Shown piece by piece: positions 59,463 through 64,000 of a stretch of 64,000 bases of DNA (positions are counted from its first letter, which is position 1; every line of letters starts with the position of its first letter). Source of the DNA: an uncultured Planctomycetaceae bacterium (GTDB lineage: Bacteria; Planctomycetota; Planctomycetia; Pirellulales; PALSA-1355). Location: assembly GCA_963785305.1 (NCBI GenBank), contig CAWAUV010000007.1, positions 288,001 through 352,000 on the forward strand, in the 5' to 3' direction. The position numbers and the translations under genes are program-made. The notes below the pieces were generated by a model, which searched no databases, was not told the DNA's origin, and saw nothing but the letters and a program-made list of their open reading frames with translations.

Positions 59463-59563
59463 AGTGTATCCGAGCGGCGGTTGCCACTTGTCACAGTAAA
59501 TGTGAGCTTCCGCTTGCATGCCCGGCAAAAACCGGAAGGGGGCCATGTGCCCCCTGTTTTTTT
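59463..59563 (+). ncRNA. tracrRNA
   Basis: AGTGTATCCGAGCGGCG-GTTGCCA-CTT-GTCACAGT is complementary to the repeat (17-nt perfect match, then a bulged lower stem). Followed by hairpins ATGTGAGC/GCTTGCAT, CCGG/CCGG, GGGGGC/GCCCCC and a T7 run. Confidence 0.9.
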
Positions 59564-59585
59564 GCGCTAGGCGCCACGCAAAAAG

Positions 59586-59701
59586 GACGGCCTCTCGCTG
59601 CTCGCGCATCAAACCGCCGAAAGCTTCCGCATCTGGACCGGCGCCGAACCCGACATGGACCTGATCCGCGAAGGCATGGAAGAGTTCTTGGGCATTTGAG
59701 C
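59586..59701 (+). repeat. Right copy of the aroE 3'-end direct repeat (5'-truncated gene fragment)
   Basis: Encodes DGLSLLAHQTAESFRIWTGAEPDMDLIREGMEEFLGI*, with no upstream aroE sequence. Confidence 0.95.
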
Positions 59702-59882
59702 CGAGGAAGCGGAATCGGATAGCAGGCCACGGAGGGAGCGGGAGCGGAAAGCGAGCCACGGAAGGACACGGAAGCGCACGGAAGGGGACAAGGAATTGCG
59801 CGAGAGGTCTCTTTCGCGCTGCGCTTTCGCATGCGGCGGGGAAAGGGGAGTCGCACTCCGGGTCGATCTCGTTTCACCTAAA

Positions 59883-61273
59883 TCATTGCAACTTCTTCCG
59901 CAGCGTGGCCCGGTGGATGCCGAGTAGTTCGGCGGCGGCGGCGCGGTTTTGGCCGGTGGTTTCGAGCACCGCGTCGAAGAGCGGCGGCTCGACGGCCGCG
60001 AGAAATCGCTGGTAGAGATCGGCCGAGGCGGCGCCGGCGCGGAGTTCGGCCGCGGCCCAGTCCGCGACCGCTTGCCGCAGCGCGTCGCCCGGATCGGCAG
60101 TCAGGGCTCCCCGCGCGTCGAGCTCGACCGGCGCCGGCAGATGCTCGGGCTCGATTGCTCCGCCCCGAGCCAAGAGCGCCCGTGTTCGATCGCGTTTTTC
60201 AGTTCGCGCACATTGCCGCACCAGCGCCGTCGCTTGAGCTCGGCGAGCGCGCGCTCGGTGAGATTGCCGGCCGGTTGGCCGCTCGTGGCCATGCGTTGCA
60301 AGAATCGCTGGGCCAAGAGGGCCACATCATCGTCGCGGCGACACAAGGGCGGCAGCGCGATTTCAAACACCGCGAGGCGAAAATACAGGTCTTGCCGAAA
60401 CGCGCCCGAATGAAACTCGCGTTTCAAATCGCGGTTCGTCGCCGCGATCACGCGAAACCTGGTTTTCCGCGGCCGGGTGTCGCCCACCGGCGTGACCTCA
60501 TGTTGCTCGAGCACGCGCAGCAGCTTGACTTGCACACTCGGCGGAATATCGGCTGCTTCGTCGAAAAACACCGTCGCTCCGTCGGACAGCTCGAGCAAGC
60601 CTTGCCGACCGGTCTCGGCTCCGGTAAACGCCCCGCGCACATGCCCGAAAAGCTCGCTCTCGACCAATGTCGGACTGAGCGAAGCGAGATTCACCGGCAC
60701 GAACGGCCGCGCTGCCCGGGTCGAATGCCGATGAATCGCCCGCGCCACGAGCTCCTTGCCCGAGCCGCTGTCGCCGGTGATGAGCACCGAGGCATCGGTC
60801 GGCGCCACGAGCGCGATGCGTTTGAACACCTCTTGCATCGCGGGACTCACGCCCACGAGCTCGTCGCTCGCGTCGGCGGCGAAAGGCTCGCTGGGGGCAA
60901 GCCGCGAAGCGCGGCCATGCGCAAGCGCGCGTTCCGCGACCGCGGCAAACTGTTCGAGATCAAACGGCTTGGCCAGATAATCAAATGCGCCATTGCCCAG
61001 GGCGCCGACCGCCGTGTCGAGATTGCCAAACGCGGTGATGACCACAATCGGCGTCTTGTGGGCCGCCAGGGCAAAGCGCGGCATCGCCGAGAGACCATCC
61101 ATGCCCGGCAGCCGCACATCGAGCACGATCAAGTCGAACCGCTCGCGTTCGGCCGCGGAGATCCCTTCTTCGGCCGAAGAGGCGATCGTCACCCGGTGGC
61201 CCGACTCGCCCAATAGGCGATCGAGTCCCCAGCAAATGCTTTCTTCATCGTCGACGATCAACACCCGGCTCAT
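59883..61273 (-). CDS. Sigma54-dependent response regulator (NtrC family), frameshift near 60180
   Basis: Receiver VLIVDDE/LDVRLP, AAA+ GDSGSGKE, ESELFGH, GAFTGA and RQDLYFRL, and Fis HTH AAELLGIHRATLRKKL. Confidence 0.93.
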
Positions 61274-62858
61274 GCGCGATCCTTGAGTGCGAGTTCGCGG
61301 TTTTGGGCCGCGCGCGGTTCTTCATTCGCGTCCAGCGCCGAGCGGTCGTCGGCGCCGGCCCGCGGCAGCGTGAGCTCGAAGCAGGTGTGGGGAGCGCGCG
61401 AGTATTCGAGCGAGCCGCCATGCGCCGCGGCAATCTGCCGGGCCACGGCCAATCCGAGCCCCACGCCCTCGGGCTTGCTGGTGGCAAACGCCTCGAACAG
61501 CCGCTCGAGCACTTCGGCCGGCGGACCCGGCCCGCTATCGACCACGCGCACTCGCACCTGCCGCGCGAGCGCTTCGTATTCGATGCGCACCCAACCGCCA
61601 GGCCCGGCGGCGTCGATGGCGTTGAGCGCCAAGTTGAGCAATAGTTGCCGCAACTGCTCGGGATCGGCCCAGAGCATGGTCGGCCCGGCATGCGGCGCGA
61701 AAACGCCGCGCGATGCTGAATCGTTTGTCACCGTGGGCTCGCCCGAACCGGGGGCCCGGATCACCGGCGCGGGCGTGCCCACGATCTCGAACCGCGCCCT
61801 GCGATGCCGGCAAGCGGGCTCGACCAGCGCTCCCACCGCGGCGAACACCTCCTCGAGCGCGCAGTCGATGCGCTGGAGCGGCTGCGGCTGACCGGCGGCG
61901 AGAAATTTCTGCAAGTGCTCTTCCGTGAATTTCAATTGCCTCAGCGCCACCGCGAGACTCTCTTGATCGATCTCGCGGCAACGGCGCTGGTGCAATTGCA
62001 CCGCGAGCCGGGCGCCGGTCACATCGTTGCGCAAGTGATGCGCGAGTCCCCCGCTGAGTTGTCCCAGCAGCGTGAGCCGCTCGGCCCGTTTGATCACGCG
62101 GCGCATTTCGTCGAGCTGTTCGGCCAGCGAATTGACCGACGCCACGAGGTCGCGCAGCTCGTCGTCGCGCGGCGGGAGCGGCGCCGGCTCGTATTGTCCC
62201 TGGGCCAAGCGGCCCACCTGCCGCCGTAGTTGCAAGATCGGTCGACTGAGCCGCCCCGCGATCATCACCGCCAGAAGCATCACCACACCCAACATCAGGC
62301 CCCCGACCAACAGCGGCGGATAGATCGCCTGCCACCGCGCCTCGCGCAAGATACTCTCGGGATACAAAATGTGGAGACGGGTTCTCGACGGACGATTCTC
62401 CGCCGCCGGCGCGCACGCGGGCCCACGGCCACGACCTGGTGAAAATACCGCACGCCGGCAATCGACTCGACGGAGCCCAAGGAAAATGCATCTCCGAGCT
62501 CGTCCGCCGCCGGCGGCGCGCCACCGCCGCCCTTGCCGACGCTTCCCGCTTCGCCAAGGTTGCCCCCCGCGTTCAAGAAGTCGCTCGCGTCGCCGAGGCT
62601 CGTGGCGAGCACTCGGCCCGACTCGGTCGTGAGCACGAACTCGGCGCCCGAGAGTCCATGCGTTTGTCGCAACACCCGATCGGTGAGCGGAAAGTTCGAT
62701 TCGAGCAAGGTGCGGGCCACTTCGCGCAGTTGCGATTCGATATGCCGCTCGGTGGATCGGGCCGCCAAATAGGCGTCGAGCAAGCTCACACCGGCCGACG
62801 CAAGCAACATCACCGCGGCAAACGGGGCAAGAATCTGATATCGCAGCGGCCAACGCAT
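61270..62858 (-). CDS. HAMP-domain sensor histidine kinase, frameshift(s) near 62380-62400
   Basis: TM start MRWPLRYQILAPF, HAMP domain, H-box LAHHLRN, N-box NLALNAIDA, DSGPG, and G-box GVGLGLA. Confidence 0.9.
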
Positions 62859-63299
62859 GTGAGACGGTTCACCTATAGAGGGCACGATCAAACCCGGCGC
62901 CGCCCGCCGCGGCGATTTTCTGTCCACCCAAGGCCATCTTATGACCGCGCCGCCCGATTCGCAAATTCGGCCATGAGCGGACTATCCACCGTTCCCGCCC
63001 GAAAACTTGCCCCATGCGTCACGCAACCGTGGCCCGCGGGGGCCCCCGCCAAGCGCGGCCCGACGCGCTGATTCGCTCATCGCGGCAGGCGCGAGCGCGG
63101 TTTCGCGAATGCTGGCGCCACGCTTCGCCCAGCGCAGATTACCCAAATGTTTCCCCGCGCGCTCCGGCGCTGTCAGGCGCGTGCTGGCGCTATCATTTGC
63201 CGCGAGGGAAAGTTTCACTCGCTCGGCTCACCGAACCGATCTAAGAAACGGAGTGGTCGTTCACGGATGGGACGCCTTCGGATTCCGAGTACGATGCGT

Positions 63300-64000
63300 A
63301 TGAAGAACAGCAGCCCGGCTTGGCCGTTTCTGACCGTACTGGCTTGCCTGTTCGTGCTTTGCGTGACCACGCCTCGCGCCTGGGAAAGCATTGCCCGACA
63401 GGGCTCGCTCAGTAGCCGGTTGGCGGCGATGCACGATCACACCGCGTCGAGAAACCCGTCCCCGCGCGACAGCGCTCCGCCCGAAAGCCAATCCGCCAAC
63501 CCCTCGCGGCCCGGCTACACAACCACCGTCCCCTCGCGGCCCGGCTTTACCGTGGCCACCGCATCGCCGCCGCCCAGCGACGAGCTCGCAAGCCGCGCGG
63601 CGCCGCGGATCGCCTCGGCCGTCGAGACCTTCGACACCAAACGATTCATGGCCGGGTCGGGATACATGGTGCTCGAGGCCGCGCCGGCATTTGGACGCCA
63701 GGTTTCAGAAAACCTGATCGAGATCGCCTCGCGTCCCTTGCCGTCGGCCTTGAGACCCGCCCCGCCCGTGCCCGCGCCGTCGACGATGCCCGACCTTGCC
63801 GAGAGCCAGCTCGCCGCCGAGCAACAAGCCCTCGTGCCCGTCGCGCTCTTCGAGCAGCTTGCCGCGCTCGAGCGGGAGCCGGACACCCGGGAATGGGCCT
63901 GGGCCGCACAGCACAATCTGCGAGCGCTCTCCGCGAGCGACGGCGGCGACCATCGCCTCGCCTTCGACGAACTCGAATCGCTCATCGCCGACGCCCGTTG
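63300..64000 (+). CDS. Hypothetical exported protein (partial, runs off window)
   Basis: MKNSSPAWPFLTVLACLFVLCVTTPRAWES has a hydrophobic leader; I saw no stop before the window end. Confidence 0.55.
   Translation, partial: MKNSSPAWPFLTVLACLFVLCVTTPRAWESIARQGSLSSRLAAMHDHTASRNPSPRDSAPPESQSANPSRPGYTTTVPSRPGFTVATASPPPSDELASRAAPRIASAVETFDTKRFMAGSGYMVLEAAPAFGRQVSENLIEIASRPLPSALRPAPPVPAPSTMPDLAESQLAAEQQALVPVALFEQLAALEREPDTREWAWAAQHNLRALSASDGGDHRLAFDELESLIADAR

Noticed and set aside
52195..59701. Casposon or CRISPR-associated transposon interpretation of the cassette
   Set aside because: No terminal inverted repeats, PolB or Tns genes; cas1 is an ordinary type II cas1 paired with cas2, and Cas9 retains its catalytic residues.
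715..62858. Mass pseudogenisation: about 20 genes split by frameshifts, including cas9, cas1, hemY, hemE and aroE
   Set aside because: The breaks are single-base indels spread evenly over essential and accessory genes, with catalytic motifs intact and no evident accumulation of nonsense codons. This fits uncorrected long-read errors better; not called pseudogenes without read data.

Overview
GC-rich bacterial chromosomal window. The gene content (PEP-CTERM autotransporter-repeat protein, prenyltransferase/squalene-cyclase-repeat membrane proteins, ECF sigma factor with a giant beta-propeller partner, bacterial topoisomerase VI) suggests a Planctomycete; that assignment is inference. Many genes carry single-base frameshifts, most likely long-read assembly errors, so I joined split ORFs by protein continuity. 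Housekeeping and envelope genes include an S1-domain protein, MarR, M50 protease, GNAT, ABC transporter, MMPL, glutamine synthetase III, hemG/hemY, topo VI A/B, ParA, a HemD-HemE fusion, aroE and a sigma54 two-component pair. They are interrupted by three apparent defence insertions. (1) An AbiEi/AbiEii toxin-antitoxin pair divergent from a ~1370-aa XRE-HTH/nuclease-like protein. (2) An ISAs1 element beside a vsr-dcm-putative endonuclease cassette. (3) A complete type II-C CRISPR-Cas9 locus (tracrRNA, cas9, cas1, cas2, 37-repeat array), bracketed by a 116-bp direct duplication of the aroE 3' end and lacking any integrase. Two copies of a MITE-like nested palindrome flank the PEP-CTERM gene.
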